A stretch of DNA of 64,000 bases from Patescibacteria group bacterium (GTDB taxonomy: Bacteria > Patescibacteriota > Patescibacteriia > Patescibacteriales > UBA12075). The notes under the pieces are model-generated. The model did not search any database. It was not told the DNA's origin and worked only from the letters and a program-made list of their open reading frames with translations. The DNA lies in NCBI GenBank assembly GCA_022705905.1, contig JAKJDO010000004.1, positions 374 to 64,373 on the forward strand, in the 5' to 3' direction. The translations under genes were made by a program, and so were the position numbers. Every line of letters starts with the position of its first letter. The stretch's first letter is position 1. This document shows positions 16,512-27,158 of this stretch, one piece after another.

Positions 16512-17699
16512 ATGGCAGAAAAATTTGAACGCACAAAGCCGCATGTTAACGTAGGCACCATCGGTCACGTCGATCACGGTAAAACTACTTTAACTGCCGC
16601 GATTTTAAAAGTGTTAAATGCTAAAGGTTTTAAGGCATCTAACAAAAATGTTGATCAAATTGACGCAGCTCCTGAAGAAAAAGAGCGCGGTATTACTATT
16701 GCTACCGCTCACGTTGAATATGAATCAGAAAAAAGGCACTACGCGCACGTTGATTGTCCGGGTCATGCTGATTACGTAAAGAACATGATTACCGGCGCTG
16801 CGCAGATGGACGGTTCAATTTTGGTAGTAGCTGCTACTGACGGCCCGATGCCTCAAACCAGAGAGCATATTTTGTTAGCTCATCAGGTTGGCGTGCCTCA
16901 TATCGTTGTTTTCTTAAACAAATGTGATATGGTGGAAGATAAAGAATTGATCGATTTAGTTGAGGAAGAAATCAGAGATCTATTAAAGAAGTGGGAATAT
17001 GACGGCGATAATGCTAAAATTATTCGTGGTTCAGCTTTGAAGGCCTTAGAAAACCCAACCGGTGAGGATGCTCAGCCAATTTTAGATTTAATAACTGCCT
17101 TAGACGAAGCTATCCCGGAACCAGTTCGAGACACCGATCATCCCTTCTTAATGCCGGTAGAAGACGTCTTCTCAATTGAAGGTCGTGGCACCGTAGTTAC
17201 TGGCAGAATCGAAAGAGGCGTTATTAAGGTTAATGAAGAAGTTGAATTGATCGGCTTAAGAGATACTCAAAAGACAGTTGTGACTGGTATTGAAATGTTC
17301 AACAAGTCTTTAGACGAAGGCAGGGCTGGTGATAATGCCGGTTTACTGCTTCGCGGTATTAAGAAAGACGAAGTTGAAAGAGGCCAGGTTTTAGCCAAAC
17401 CAGGAACCGTGACTCCTCACACTGAATTCGAAAGTGAAGTTTACATTTTAAATAAAGAAGAGGGTGGCAGACACAAGCCTTTCTTTAAAGGTTATAAGCC
17501 ACAATTTTATATTCGCACTACTGATGTTACTGGTGAAGTTGAATTACCGGAAGGCACTGAAATGGTTATGCCTGGCGATACTGTTAGCTTAAAAGTAAAA
17601 TTAATTGCCCCTATCGCTTTGGAAGAAAAACAAAGATTCGCTATTCGCGAAGGCGGCAGAACGGTCGGCGCTGGTGTTATTACCAAGATCATAAAATAA
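16512..17699 (+). CDS. tuf: Elongation factor Tu
   Basis: [21 protein letters not shown] motifs; 395 aa. Confidence 0.98.
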   Translation: MAEKFERTKPHVNVGTIGHVDHGKTTLTAAILKVLNAKGFKASNKNVDQIDAAPEEKERGITIATAHVEYESEKRHYAHVDCPGHADYVKNMITGAAQMDGSILVVAATDGPMPQTREHILLAHQVGVPHIVVFLNKCDMVEDKELIDLVEEEIRDLLKKWEYDGDNAKIIRGSALKALENPTGEDAQPILDLITALDEAIPEPVRDTDHPFLMPVEDVFSIEGRGTVVTGRIERGVIKVNEEVELIGLRDTQKTVVTGIEMFNKSLDEGRAGDNAGLLLRGIKKDEVERGQVLAKPGTVTPHTEFESEVYILNKEEGGRHKPFFKGYKPQFYIRTTDVTGEVELPEGTEMVMPGDTVSLKVKLIAPIALEEKQRFAIREGGRTVGAGVITKIIK

Positions 17700-17711
17700 A
17701 GTATGTATTTT

Positions 17712-17743
17712 GTCCCGCTCTTGTCTAAAAAGGGCGGGACTTT
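17712..17743 (+). terminator. Hairpin after tuf
   Basis: GTCCCGC...GCGGGAC stem followed by TTTAAT, a weak U tract. Confidence 0.45.
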
Positions 17744-17794
17744 AATGCTTATTTTAAGCAGTTAATTAAAAGTAAATTTTAATCAGTCAATTAA

Positions 17795-18196
17795 ATGAAA
17801 GCAGATAAATTGCACAAAGATGATTCTGCCAAATCCGCTCATAAAGCAGTAAAGGCGGTCAAGAAAGGCGAAAATCAGGAGAACGAAGAATTTAAGCAAA
17901 AGATTCGCATTAAGATCAAAGCGTTTGATCACAAGATTATTGACCAATCAACCAAGACAATCATTGAAACAGCTCAACGCAGTGGTTCGCAAGTATTTGG
18001 ACCTGTGCCGTTGCCGACGGAAATTAAGAAATATACAGTTAATCGCTCCACCTTTGTTCATAAAGGCGCTCGCGATCAATATGAGATGCGAATTCATAAG
18101 AGAATGATAGACATTGTCGACCCCTCCCAAAAAACGATTGAAGATTTGACTAATTTGAGCTTGCCGGCTGGAGTAGATGTAGAAATAAAGATGTAA
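17795..18196 (+). CDS. rpsJ: 30S ribosomal protein S10 with ~30-aa N-terminal extension
   Basis: Core [18 protein letters not shown]...[20 protein letters not shown], preceded by a Lys/Ala-rich extension. Confidence 0.93.
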   Translation: MKADKLHKDDSAKSAHKAVKAVKKGENQENEEFKQKIRIKIKAFDHKIIDQSTKTIIETAQRSGSQVFGPVPLPTEIKKYTVNRSTFVHKGARDQYEMRIHKRMIDIVDPSQKTIEDLTNLSLPAGVDVEIKM

Positions 18197-18210
18197 TTTA
18201 CAATTAATAA

Positions 18211-18387
18211 ATATTCGTAAAAAGTTGCTTGGTTAATTTAGTAACTCCCTTGAGGGAAAGTGTTAAAAATAACTAGACAACTTACTAGTGAGGCTAAATT
18301 CAAAAACAACAACCGCAAAATTTTCTTAATAGAAATCACGGCTGGTTGTGTTTACGCAAAGACCAGTTTTTTCTTTTTTACGAATAT
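18211..18387. repeat. Inverted-repeat-bounded structured spacer between rpsJ and rplC
   Basis: ATATTCGTAAAAAG (18211-18224) pairs with CTTTTTTACGAATAT (18373-18387) with a 1-nt bulge. Inner hairpins such as TCCCTtgAGGGA. Confidence 0.55.
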
Positions 18388-18406
18388 AGAGTGAAGTTTT
18401 AAAATT

Positions 18407-19246
18407 ATGAAATTTATTATAGGTAAAAAATTAGGCATGACCCAAGTTTGGCAAGGCGACAAAGTTCTGGCAGTAACAAAAGTACAAGCCGGCCCCTGCT
18501 TTGTAGCCCAGGTAAAAGATGCGGCTCGAGACGGTTACGAAGCCGTGCAGATCGGCTATGGCGAAAAAAAAGCTAAAAAGACGGCTAAACCGCAAAAAGG
18601 ACATTTACAAGGCCTGAATAATTTTAGATATTTAAAAGAATTTAGAACCGTCGGCGCTGATTTAAAGCGTGGTGATAAAATTGATGTCAATACTTTTGCT
18701 GTTGGTGATATAGTAGACGTTGTCGGCACTTCTAAGGGCAAGGGTTTTCAAGGTGTTGTTAAACGGCATGGCTTTCATGGCCACCCTACCACTCATGGCA
18801 CTAAGGATGCTGTTCGTATGCCGGGTTCTATCGGTGCTACCGGACCAGCTCACGTTTTTAAAGGCACTCGCATGGGCGGTCATATGGGTGACGAGAGAGT
18901 GACGGTTAAAAATTTAGAAGTAGTTCAGGTTGATGCGGTCAATAATTTGTTGTTTATAAAAGGCGCAGTACCAGGAGCAGTAAATGGTTTATTATTGATT
19001 GCTGGGAATGGCGACTTAGTTATTGCCCAAGAAAAAAGCGAACCGGAAGTTACTGAAGAGAAAAATAAGGAAATCAACCTAGAAGAAAATATTGAAAAAG
19101 TTGTAATTGAAGCCGAAGAAAAAAGAGAATCCTCCGTCGCCTCTACTAGCGTTGAAAATATGGCAGACAAAAACACTACGGAAGACAAGGAAAAGATGCA
19201 GGCAGTTGAGGAGGAGAAGCCCAGGGATAAAGAAAAAAATAATTAA
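18407..19246 (+). CDS. rplC: 50S ribosomal protein L3 with ~70-aa Glu/Lys-rich C-terminal tail
   Basis: L3 core (KLGMTQVW...GKGFQGVVKRHGF...) followed by an acidic low-complexity tail. Confidence 0.95.
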   Translation: MKFIIGKKLGMTQVWQGDKVLAVTKVQAGPCFVAQVKDAARDGYEAVQIGYGEKKAKKTAKPQKGHLQGLNNFRYLKEFRTVGADLKRGDKIDVNTFAVGDIVDVVGTSKGKGFQGVVKRHGFHGHPTTHGTKDAVRMPGSIGATGPAHVFKGTRMGGHMGDERVTVKNLEVVQVDAVNNLLFIKGAVPGAVNGLLLIAGNGDLVIAQEKSEPEVTEEKNKEINLEENIEKVVIEAEEKRESSVASTSVENMADKNTTEDKEKMQAVEEEKPRDKEKNN

Positions 19247-19257
19247 AATTTTAAGAT

Positions 19258-19932
19258 ATGGGAATTAAGTTGAATGTATACAACCAAGCAGCATCAAAAG
19301 CAGGAACCGTAGAGTTATCTGAAAAAGTTTTTGGTTTGAAAGTAAACGAATCATTAGTTCATCAGGCAATGGTAACACAAATGGGTAACGAAAGACAGGT
19401 TTTGGCTCATACTAAAGATAGAAGCGAAGTCAGAGGCGGCGGCAGGAAACCATGGAGACAAAAAGGCACTGGCCGCGCTCGAGTTGGTTCTAGTCGATCA
19501 CCTTTATGGATTGGCGGCGGTGTTACTTTTGGTCCGACTAAAGACCGTAATTTTAAAAAGAAAATTAACCGTAAAATGAAGCAGCAAGCCATTTGCATGG
19601 TGTTGTCTGATAGAGTCAGTAATGATAGCTTGGTGATTTTAGACAAGCTTGATGTCAAAGAATATAAGACAAAAACTATTAATGAAATTTTTAAAAATAT
19701 TGAGAGCAAAGTTCTAAGTAAACAAAATGACAAAAAGGCCAAGCGCAGTATTTTAATAATAAATGATGACAAGGGTGAAGAATTTAAATATTCAGTGCGC
19801 AATTTAGCTGGTATCAAAAATATTAATTTGGAAAATATTAACATCATTGACTTGTTAAATCATCAAAATTTGATTGTTACAGAAAACGTGGTCAAGAAAT
19901 TAGAGGCGTTATATGGAGGCAAGACTAAATAA
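19258..19932 (+). CDS. rplD: 50S ribosomal protein L4
   Basis: RGGGRKPWRQKGTGRARVGS signature in the conserved position. Confidence 0.95.
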   Translation: MGIKLNVYNQAASKAGTVELSEKVFGLKVNESLVHQAMVTQMGNERQVLAHTKDRSEVRGGGRKPWRQKGTGRARVGSSRSPLWIGGGVTFGPTKDRNFKKKINRKMKQQAICMVLSDRVSNDSLVILDKLDVKEYKTKTINEIFKNIESKVLSKQNDKKAKRSILIINDDKGEEFKYSVRNLAGIKNINLENINIIDLLNHQNLIVTENVVKKLEALYGGKTK

Positions 19933-19938
19933 AAAACT

Positions 19939-20451
19939 ATGGGTTTATTCGATAAATTAAAAAAAGAAACCGCAGCTGCTAGTTCTAAAAACGCAGTAAA
20001 CCGGGAAAGCAAAAAAAGTTCTGTTAAGCAAGCTAAGACTAGTGTTGTAAAAAAGCAAGCAGACGGTTCTTCTGCCGAAACGGTCAGCATGAAAGATTTA
20101 TATGACGGCGTAGAGACGACTGCCGTTAAAACTGTGAGTGGCAAAGAGAAGCAGGAAAGAAAATTTGGCAATGCTTTCCGTGTTTTAGTGAAACCAGTCA
20201 TTACCGAAAAAGCGGCGCACTTAGGAAATAAAAATCAATATGTTTTTGCCGTAGCTTCTGGTTCTAATAAAATTGAAATAGCCAAGGCAATCAACGAAGT
20301 TTATGGCATCAAACCGATAGCTGTGAATATTGTCAAGATGCGCGGCAAAAAAGTCAGAAGCGGTCGTGTGCGCGGCATGAGAAAAGATTGGAAAAAAGCG
20401 GTCGTCACTTTACCAGCCGGCAAAACCATCAAGATTTACGAAGGAGTATAA
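19939..20451 (+). CDS. rplW: 50S ribosomal protein L23 with ~75-aa N-terminal extension
   Basis: L23 core starts near VLVKPVITEKA...; the preceding region is Lys/Ser/Ala-rich. Confidence 0.9.
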   Translation: MGLFDKLKKETAAASSKNAVNRESKKSSVKQAKTSVVKKQADGSSAETVSMKDLYDGVETTAVKTVSGKEKQERKFGNAFRVLVKPVITEKAAHLGNKNQYVFAVASGSNKIEIAKAINEVYGIKPIAVNIVKMRGKKVRSGRVRGMRKDWKKAVVTLPAGKTIKIYEGV

Positions 20452-20540
20452 CGGTTTTAGATTTGCGCTTTAAGATTCATTACCTTTAAAATTATTTGTC
20501 TTTAATCCGAAATTATAAATTTAAAACTATAAATTAATAT

Positions 20541-21386
20541 ATGGGAGTTAAAAAAGTAAAACCGATTACACCGGGTTTGCGTCAAGCCAGTTTTGATGAT
20601 TTTTTAGATATTACAAAAAACAAACCAGAAAAAAATTTGGTTGTTATTAAAAAAAGAACCGGCGGCAGAAACAGCCAGGGTAAAATTACCGTTAGACATA
20701 GAGGTGGCGGTGCCAAAAGATACGTTCGTTTAGTTGATTTTAATCGAGATAAATTTGACATTCCAGCTAAGGTAGCCGCGATTGAGTACGATCCTAATCG
20801 TGGAGCTCGTATTGCTTTGTTAGTTTATGCTGATGGCGAGAAGCGTTATATCGTCGCTCCGATTGGTTTAAAAATCGGCGAGATAATTTTAAGCTCGCGA
20901 AAACAAATTGAAATTAAACGCGGCAACTCTATGCCAATTCAATATATTCCAGCTGGTATTGAAGTTTATAACGTTGAATTAGATCCGGGCAAAGGCGGCA
21001 GGATAGCCAGAGGAGCCGGCAACGCCGTCTATGTCATGGGCGTTGAAGGCAAGTTTGCCCAGGTAAAGATGCCATCAGGCGAAATTAGATTAGTAAAAAA
21101 AGAATGTTTGTGCACTGTTGGCCAAGCTAGCAATCCAGATAAACGTTTAATAAAATTAGGTAACGCCGGTCGCACTAGATATTTAGGTTTTCGTCCGACT
21201 GTCCGTGGCACAGCCATGAATCCAGTTGATCATCCTCATGGTGGTGGTGAAGGCAATCAGCCAATCGGTTTAAAACATCCTAAAACTCCTTGGGGCAAAC
21301 CAGCCTTGGGCGTCAAGACCAGAAATGCCGATAAACCTTCCAGCCGATTAATAATTCAGAGGCGAAAAAACAAAAACAGAAAATAA
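20541..21386 (+). CDS. rplB: 50S ribosomal protein L2
   Basis: GRNSQGKITVRHRGGG...MNPVDHPHGGGEG signature. Confidence 0.97.
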   Translation: MGVKKVKPITPGLRQASFDDFLDITKNKPEKNLVVIKKRTGGRNSQGKITVRHRGGGAKRYVRLVDFNRDKFDIPAKVAAIEYDPNRGARIALLVYADGEKRYIVAPIGLKIGEIILSSRKQIEIKRGNSMPIQYIPAGIEVYNVELDPGKGGRIARGAGNAVYVMGVEGKFAQVKMPSGEIRLVKKECLCTVGQASNPDKRLIKLGNAGRTRYLGFRPTVRGTAMNPVDHPHGGGEGNQPIGLKHPKTPWGKPALGVKTRNADKPSSRLIIQRRKNKNRK

Positions 21387-21408
21387 ATTATTAGATAGTT
21401 GAAATATT

Positions 21409-21702
21409 ATGTCAAGAAGTTTAAAAAAAGGACCATACATTAACGAAAGATTGCTCAAAAAAATTATGAGCTTAAAACCAAGCGATAAAACCAACATAAA
21501 AACTTGGGATCGTTCTTGCACAATAACTCCGGAAATGGTAGGCTTTACTATCGGCGTTCACAATGGCAAGCAACATGTGCCCGTCTATATTGTCGAAAAT
21601 ATGGTAGGTCATAAGCTAGGTGAGTTTGCTCCAACCAGAAAATTTATCAGCCATGGTGGCAGAGCGGCCAAGGAGCAGGCCAAAGTGGCTAAAAAAGTGT
21701 AA
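21409..21702 (+). CDS. rpsS: 30S ribosomal protein S19
   Basis: [11 protein letters not shown]...[13 protein letters not shown]...[11 protein letters not shown]. Confidence 0.96.
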   Translation: MSRSLKKGPYINERLLKKIMSLKPSDKTNIKTWDRSCTITPEMVGFTIGVHNGKQHVPVYIVENMVGHKLGEFAPTRKFISHGGRAAKEQAKVAKKV

Positions 21703-21741
21703 TTAAATCAAATTTGTCAGATATAAAATAAATAGTTTTAT

Positions 21742-22323
21742 ATGGAAGTTAAAGCAAAAGCAAAACATATCAGAATATCACCGCGCAAAGTACGTTTGGT
21801 AGCTAGCTTGATTCGTGGCATGGAAGTTGTTAGGGCTTCGGATCAATTAAAATTTATCAATAAACAAGCCGCTGCTCCGATTGCTAAACTATTGAATTCA
21901 GTGGTCGCTAACGCCACCAATAATTTTGAACTAGAAAAAAGTAATTTGTATATTAAAGAAATTAGAGTTGACGAAGGTGCGACTTTAAAGCGCTGGATGC
22001 CGAAGGCTCGTGGCCGCGCCACGCCTATCAGAAAAAGAACCAGTCACATCTCCGTTGTATTAGACGAATTGGTGGCCAGCGGTAAAGTTAAAGCCAAGAA
22101 GCAAAAACTAGAAGCACCCATTAAATTGGACAGTAAGCTCAAAGAAGATGAAGGCGTTAAAATAAAGGAAGAAAAGGGAAAAACTTTAACTAATGAAGAA
22201 AAGGAAGAAAAGGGAAAAACAATTCACGATCCTAGAATGGAAGGGAAAAGTCACCATGCTAAAATAGAAGGCAAAAGTAGCGCCGGTATTGTTAGAAAAA
22301 TGTTCCAGAGAAAATCGGGATAG
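21742..22323 (+). CDS. rplV: 50S ribosomal protein L22 with ~80-aa Lys/Glu-rich C-terminal tail
   Basis: L22 core (RISPRKVRLVASLIRG...RWMPKARGRATPIRKRTSHI). The tail contains a perfect 20-nt direct repeat at 22165-22184 and 22201-22220. Confidence 0.93.
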   Translation: MEVKAKAKHIRISPRKVRLVASLIRGMEVVRASDQLKFINKQAAAPIAKLLNSVVANATNNFELEKSNLYIKEIRVDEGATLKRWMPKARGRATPIRKRTSHISVVLDELVASGKVKAKKQKLEAPIKLDSKLKEDEGVKIKEEKGKTLTNEEKEEKGKTIHDPRMEGKSHHAKIEGKSSAGIVRKMFQRKSG

Positions 22324-22460
22324 ATGGTAGGTTCTAGGTATTAGTTTTTAGATTTTAGAAAGAGATCAAAAATTAAAACCTGATAACCTTTTATTATAGT
22401 AATGTAGGCAGTAAATAAATTAAGATAATAAAATAAACAAAATAGAATTAAGCAATTGAC

Positions 22461-23144
22461 ATGGGAAAGAAGATAAATCCAAAAATATTCCGCATAACCA
22501 CAACCAAGAATTGGCCTTCAAAATGGTTCGCTCTTGGCAAGGATTATTATAAAAATGCCGAACAAGATGTTAAGGTCAGAAAATTTTTATTACGCGAATT
22601 ACGTGAAGCTGGTGTTGATCGAATAGAAATTGAACGTGGTGCCGACAAAATTAATGTTAGCATCCACACCGCTAAGCCGGGTATTATTATCGGTAGAGGC
22701 GGCGCTGGCGCCGAAGAGTTGAAGAAAAAAATTCATAGTAAATTTTTAAAGAATTATAAATCAGGCGCTATTAGTTTAAATATTTTTGAAGTTGATCGTC
22801 CAAGCCTGAGCGCTCAAATTATTGTTCAAGCAATGATTTTAGATTTGGAAAAAAGAATGCCTTTTCGCCGTGTAATGAAGCAGGCGATAAATCGCGTAGA
22901 AAGAGCAGGCGCCTTAGGCGTTAAAGTGATTGTTAGCGGTCGTTTAAATGGAGCTGAAATTGCTCGCGAAGAAATGTTGAGCTCAGGCAAAGTTCCATTG
23001 CAGACTCTGCGGGCCGACATTGATTATGCCCGCGGTTTCGCTCGCACCACTTACGGCACTATTGGCGTTAAGGTTTGGATTTATCGTGGTGAAAAATTCT
23101 CCAAGGGAGAAGAAAAAAGAGGAGAAATTTTAGGTAAAAAATAA
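22461..23144 (+). CDS. rpsC: 30S ribosomal protein S3
   Basis: MGKKINPKIFR...KH domain...GRLNGAEIAR signature. Confidence 0.96.
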   Translation: MGKKINPKIFRITTTKNWPSKWFALGKDYYKNAEQDVKVRKFLLRELREAGVDRIEIERGADKINVSIHTAKPGIIIGRGGAGAEELKKKIHSKFLKNYKSGAISLNIFEVDRPSLSAQIIVQAMILDLEKRMPFRRVMKQAINRVERAGALGVKVIVSGRLNGAEIAREEMLSSGKVPLQTLRADIDYARGFARTTYGTIGVKVWIYRGEKFSKGEEKRGEILGKK

Positions 23145-23172
23145 AATTATAAAAATAATAGAAAATTGAGAT

Positions 23173-23589
23173 ATGTTAATGCCAAAAAAAACCAAACACC
23201 GAAAATCACATAAGGGCCGACGTGGCGGCAAGGCTAGTCGCATGGTTAAGCTTGGTTTCGGCAACTTTGGTTTAAAGAGCGTGGAAGCGCGCTGGGTAAC
23301 TTCAAGACAGATTGAAGCCGCTAGACGCGTTATGACTAGGTATATAAAGCGTGGCGGTAAAGTTTGGATTAGAATTTTTCCAGACAAGCCGGTAACGCAA
23401 AAGGGCGGCGAGATTCCTATGGGCAAAGGCAAGGGCGCAGTTGATCACTACGTCGCTGTAGTTAAGCCGGGCATGATTTTGTTTGAAATGGATGGCGTTA
23501 GCGAAATTGTAGCTAAAGAAGCCATGATATTGGCTTCTCATAAGTTGCCGGTTAAATGTAAATTTGTTAGCAAGATAAGCAATGATTAA
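23173..23589 (+). CDS. rplP: 50S ribosomal protein L16
   Basis: [16 protein letters not shown]...[29 protein letters not shown]. Confidence 0.96.
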   Translation: MLMPKKTKHRKSHKGRRGGKASRMVKLGFGNFGLKSVEARWVTSRQIEAARRVMTRYIKRGGKVWIRIFPDKPVTQKGGEIPMGKGKGAVDHYVAVVKPGMILFEMDGVSEIVAKEAMILASHKLPVKCKFVSKISND

Positions 23590-23603
23590 TAGCATAAAAT
23601 AAT

Positions 23604-23837
23604 ATGGATTTTAAAGAGATAAAAAAGAAAAGTCAGACAGAACTGCACAAAATGTTAGCCGAGTCTCGGGATAAATTAAGAGAGTTGAAATTTAAAGACG
23701 CTAATAAACAGTTGAAAGATGTGCGCTCTATTCGTAAATTAAGAGCGATAATTGCTCAAACCTTGACTGTTATAAATCAACAACGGAGTGAAGGTAGCAA
23801 AAAAAACAACGACAACAGCCAAGCTGTTAATAAATAA
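23604..23837 (+). CDS. rpmC: 50S ribosomal protein L29
   Basis: ELHKMLAESRDKLRELKFK pattern; position between rplP and rpsQ. Confidence 0.88.
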   Translation: MDFKEIKKKSQTELHKMLAESRDKLRELKFKDANKQLKDVRSIRKLRAIIAQTLTVINQQRSEGSKKNNDNSQAVNK

Positions 23838-23849
23838 AAATTTTGTAAT

Positions 23850-24113
23850 ATGTCAGAAAAAAAAGAAAAAGCTAAAGGTCTGATGCGCCGAAAGTTGGAT
23901 GGCATTGTAGTCAGCAACAAGATGACAAAGACAATTGTTGTCAGAGTTGACAGTGTGTCAGTACATCCCAAGTATAAAAAAAGATACACAGTCAGTAAAA
24001 AATACAAAGTTCATGATGAAAAAGGTCAGTTTCAGGAAGGTGATAAAGTTAGTTTTGTTGAATGCCGGCCGATATCAAAAGATAAACGTTGGCGAGTAAT
24101 TTATAGTAAATAA
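23850..24113 (+). CDS. rpsQ: 30S ribosomal protein S17
   Basis: [16 protein letters not shown]...HPKYKKR...KYKVHDE...RPISKDKRW. Confidence 0.95.
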   Translation: MSEKKEKAKGLMRRKLDGIVVSNKMTKTIVVRVDSVSVHPKYKKRYTVSKKYKVHDEKGQFQEGDKVSFVECRPISKDKRWRVIYSK

Positions 24114-24212
24114 GATTTTTGAGAGCTTTGGGACGTTGAGGATTTTTAAGGCAAGATGATTAAACATTCCTAAAAATCCCGAATATCGTAAAAATCATAA
24201 AGATCACATAGT

Positions 24213-24584
24213 ATGATACAAGTATTGTCAAAAATAAAAGTAGCTGATAATTCAGGCGCCAAGGTTGTGCAATGTATTAGAGTTTTGGGCGGTTATAAGA
24301 AGAGATACGCTCGTATTGGCGATATAGTTACGGCTTCAGTTAAAGAAGCTATCCCGCATACAGCCATTAAAAAAGGCGACGTTGTTTTTGCCGTGATTGT
24401 GCGCACTAAAAAAGAAATCAGAAGAAAAGACGGCACTTATGTTCGCTTTGATGATAATGCTTGTGTTGTCTTAGATAAAGAAAAAAAAGAACCACGTGGT
24501 ACTCGTATTTTTGGGCCAGTGGCTCGTGAAATCAGACAGGCTGGTTTTGTAAAAATTACCTCTCTGGCTCCTGAAGTTTTGTAA
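24213..24584 (+). CDS. rplN: 50S ribosomal protein L14
   Basis: [17 protein letters not shown]...[11 protein letters not shown]...GPVAREI. Confidence 0.97.
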   Translation: MIQVLSKIKVADNSGAKVVQCIRVLGGYKKRYARIGDIVTASVKEAIPHTAIKKGDVVFAVIVRTKKEIRRKDGTYVRFDDNACVVLDKEKKEPRGTRIFGPVAREIRQAGFVKITSLAPEVL

Positions 24585-24597
24585 AATAAACGATTAT

Positions 24598-24936
24598 ATG
24601 AAAATAAAGAAAAATGATAAAGTTTCAATCATCGCCGGTAAGGACAGGGGCAAGACTGGAAAAGTATTGCAAATTTTTACTAATCGCAATCGTGCCAGTG
24701 TTGAAGGCTTGAATTTGCTAATTAAGCATATGCGTCCGAGACGTCAGGGAGAAAAAGGACAGCGCATTGAATTCCCGGCTCCGATTGATATGTCGAATTT
24801 GGCATTAGTTTGTCCACATTGCGGACGCGCTACTCGCGTTGGCTATAAATACACCACCATTGAAGGGAGCGATAAAAAAGAAAAACAGAAAAAAAAGAAT
24901 CGTGTCTGTCAAAAATGCAAAGAATTGATTGACTAG
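24598..24936 (+). CDS. rplX: 50S ribosomal protein L24 (with CxxC...CxxC zinc-ribbon-like C-terminus)
   Basis: [23 protein letters not shown] motif, with CPHCG...CQKC in the C-terminal part. Confidence 0.93.
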   Translation: MKIKKNDKVSIIAGKDRGKTGKVLQIFTNRNRASVEGLNLLIKHMRPRRQGEKGQRIEFPAPIDMSNLALVCPHCGRATRVGYKYTTIEGSDKKEKQKKKNRVCQKCKELID

Positions 24937-24963
24937 CAGATTTTATTTTTGAACAATTAAAAT

Positions 24964-25503
24964 ATGAAGTTACAAGAAAAATATAAAAAAGAAATAGGCC
25001 CAAAATTGAAAGAAAAATTCGGTTATAAGAATATTATGGCTACGCCCAAATTAGATAAAATTGTGGTTAATGTTGGTTTCGGTCGGCACGTCAAAGAAAA
25101 GGCGCACATTGATAGTGTGATTGCTGGGTTGACCCGTATTACCGGGCAAAAGCCAATCCAAACTAAGGCTAAAAAAGCTATTTCCGCTTTTAAGATTAAA
25201 GACGGTATGATTATTGGCGCCTGTGTAACTTTGCGCGGCGCCAGAATGTATGATTTTGTAAACAAACTAATTAACGTTACTTTTCCGCGCGTTCGCGATT
25301 TTCGTGGTATTTCTGATAAAGGAGTTGATCGTAAAGGCAATTTGACCATTGGTTTTCGTGAGCACTTGCCTTTTCCGGAAATTAAAGCTGACGAGGTTGA
25401 GAATATTTTTGGCTTAGAAATTTGTTTAGCCACTACCGCCAAAACCAGAGAAGAAGGCTTAGAGTTTTTTAGATTATTAGGCATACCATTTAAAACTAAC
25501 TAG
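24964..25503 (+). CDS. rplE: 50S ribosomal protein L5
   Basis: PKLDKIVVNVGFG...AISAFKIKDGMIIGACVTLRG...RGNLTIGFREH. Confidence 0.96.
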   Translation: MKLQEKYKKEIGPKLKEKFGYKNIMATPKLDKIVVNVGFGRHVKEKAHIDSVIAGLTRITGQKPIQTKAKKAISAFKIKDGMIIGACVTLRGARMYDFVNKLINVTFPRVRDFRGISDKGVDRKGNLTIGFREHLPFPEIKADEVENIFGLEICLATTAKTREEGLEFFRLLGIPFKTN

Positions 25504-25513
25504 ATATTTCTAT

Positions 25514-25699
25514 ATGGCAAGAACAGCATTAATTGTAAAATCAAAAAGAACACCAAAGTTTCCGACAAGAAAAATACGTCGTTGCTGGCGTTGTGGACGA
25601 AACCACGGGTATATGCGCGACTTCAATCTTTGTCGTATTTGCTTTCGTGAATTGGCTGAGAATGGCGACTTGCCAGGCATAACCAGATCTAGCTGGTAA
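25514..25699 (+). CDS. rpsN: 30S ribosomal protein S14, zinc-binding type Z (61 aa)
   Basis: RCWRCGRNHGYMRDFNLCRICFRE two Cys pairs; short form; spc position. Confidence 0.95.
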   Translation: MARTALIVKSKRTPKFPTRKIRRCWRCGRNHGYMRDFNLCRICFRELAENGDLPGITRSSW

Positions 25700-25745
25700 A
25701 GTGCAAACTTAAATTTTAATCATATAAAATATTAAATAGATAACT

Positions 25746-26159
25746 ATGACAGATCCTATTGCAGACATGCTTACAAGAATAAGAAATGCTTCAGCTGTTA
25801 AAAAGTATGAGGTGGTTTTGCCGATGAGTAAAATGAAATATGAAATAGCCCAAATTTTAAAAAATGAAAACTGGGTTAACGATGTCTCGGTTATTGATGC
25901 AAGCAGCGGCAAGAATAAAGCGGCTAAATTTAATCAATTGAAAATAATTTTGAAATATAAAAAGAGCGGACGTCCGGCCATTGCTAATATCAAGCGCATT
26001 AGCAAGCCTGGTTTACGTATTTATGTCGGCAAAGACGAGTTACCGACAGTTTTAAATAATTTAGGAATAGCAATTATTTCCACCTCCAAGGGATTGATGA
26101 CCAACAAGGAAGCAAAGCAGTCTGGTTTGGGAGGAGAGGTAATTTGCGAAATATACTAA
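25746..26159 (+). CDS. rpsH: 30S ribosomal protein S8
   Basis: MTDPIADMLTRIRNA... signature; C-terminal GGEVICEIY. Confidence 0.96.
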   Translation: MTDPIADMLTRIRNASAVKKYEVVLPMSKMKYEIAQILKNENWVNDVSVIDASSGKNKAAKFNQLKIILKYKKSGRPAIANIKRISKPGLRIYVGKDELPTVLNNLGIAIISTSKGLMTNKEAKQSGLGGEVICEIY

Positions 26160-26160
26160 A

Positions 26161-26700
26161 ATGTCACGTTTAGGAAAATTACCAATTAAATTAGCTGATG
26201 GCATGGAGGCAAAAATTGCCGATGGTTTTATTATTATTAAAAACGCCAAAGGAGAATTAAAACAGCGATTACATCCCTCGGTTAAGATTGATATTAAAGA
26301 GGGAAGTGTAAAAGTTAATGTTAATAATCCAGAAGACAAAAAAGAAAAAGCTCTTTGGGGTTTGTATTTTAGCTTGATTAGGAACATGGTCCAAGGTTTG
26401 GCCGAAGGCTTTACCAAAAAGTTAGAAGTTATTGGCGTTGGCTATAGGGTTGGTTTGTCAGGGAAAAAAATAACTTTGAATGTTGGTTATTCACATCCGG
26501 TAATTTTTGACATACCGTCCGGCGTTGAAGCTCAAGTAGAAGCTAATGTCATAACTTTGACCAGCGCTGATAAACAATTAGTCGGTGAGACAGCCGCTTT
26601 AATTAGAAAAATTAGAAAACCAGAACCATACAAAGGTAAGGGCATAAAATATTCAGACGAAATTATCAGAAGAAAAGAGGGTAAGGCGGCCGCTAAGTAA
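26161..26700 (+). CDS. rplF: 50S ribosomal protein L6
   Basis: MSRLGKLPIKL...GVGYRV...PEPYKGKGIKY. Confidence 0.96.
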   Translation: MSRLGKLPIKLADGMEAKIADGFIIIKNAKGELKQRLHPSVKIDIKEGSVKVNVNNPEDKKEKALWGLYFSLIRNMVQGLAEGFTKKLEVIGVGYRVGLSGKKITLNVGYSHPVIFDIPSGVEAQVEANVITLTSADKQLVGETAALIRKIRKPEPYKGKGIKYSDEIIRRKEGKAAAK

Positions 26701-26757
26701 AATAAGGAAAAAAATAAAAAGAATTTTATAAAATAATACAAGATAAAAAATTTAGAT

Positions 26758-27135
26758 ATGAACAAAGAGAAAAGTAAATTGCAAAAAAGAACAAGACGAC
26801 AACTAAAAATTAGAGCGAAAATTTCAGGCACAGCCAAATGTCCACGTTTAAGCGTGTTCAAATCTAATACCGGAATGTATTTGCAATTAATAGATGATAC
26901 TATCGGCAAAACTTTAGTTAGCGCACATAGTCGCGAAGTGAAACTCGGCAAAAATAGCAATAAGGAAAATATGGGCAGAAAAGTATCTATTGGCTTTGAG
27001 TTGGGAAAAATAATAGCTGAAAGAGCTAAAAATAAGAAGATAGCTAAAATCGTTTTTGATCGCGGCGGGCATCGTTATCATGGTCGGGTTAAATCAGCTG
27101 CTGACGGCGCGCGAGCAGGCGGTTTAGAATTTTAA
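26758..27135 (+). CDS. rplR: 50S ribosomal protein L18
   Basis: RRQLKIRAKISGTAKCPRLSVFKSN...FDRGGHRYHGRVKSAADGARAGGLEF. Confidence 0.95.
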   Translation: MNKEKSKLQKRTRRQLKIRAKISGTAKCPRLSVFKSNTGMYLQLIDDTIGKTLVSAHSREVKLGKNSNKENMGRKVSIGFELGKIIAERAKNKKIAKIVFDRGGHRYHGRVKSAADGARAGGLEF

Positions 27136-27158
27136 ATATATAAAATATTAATATAAAT

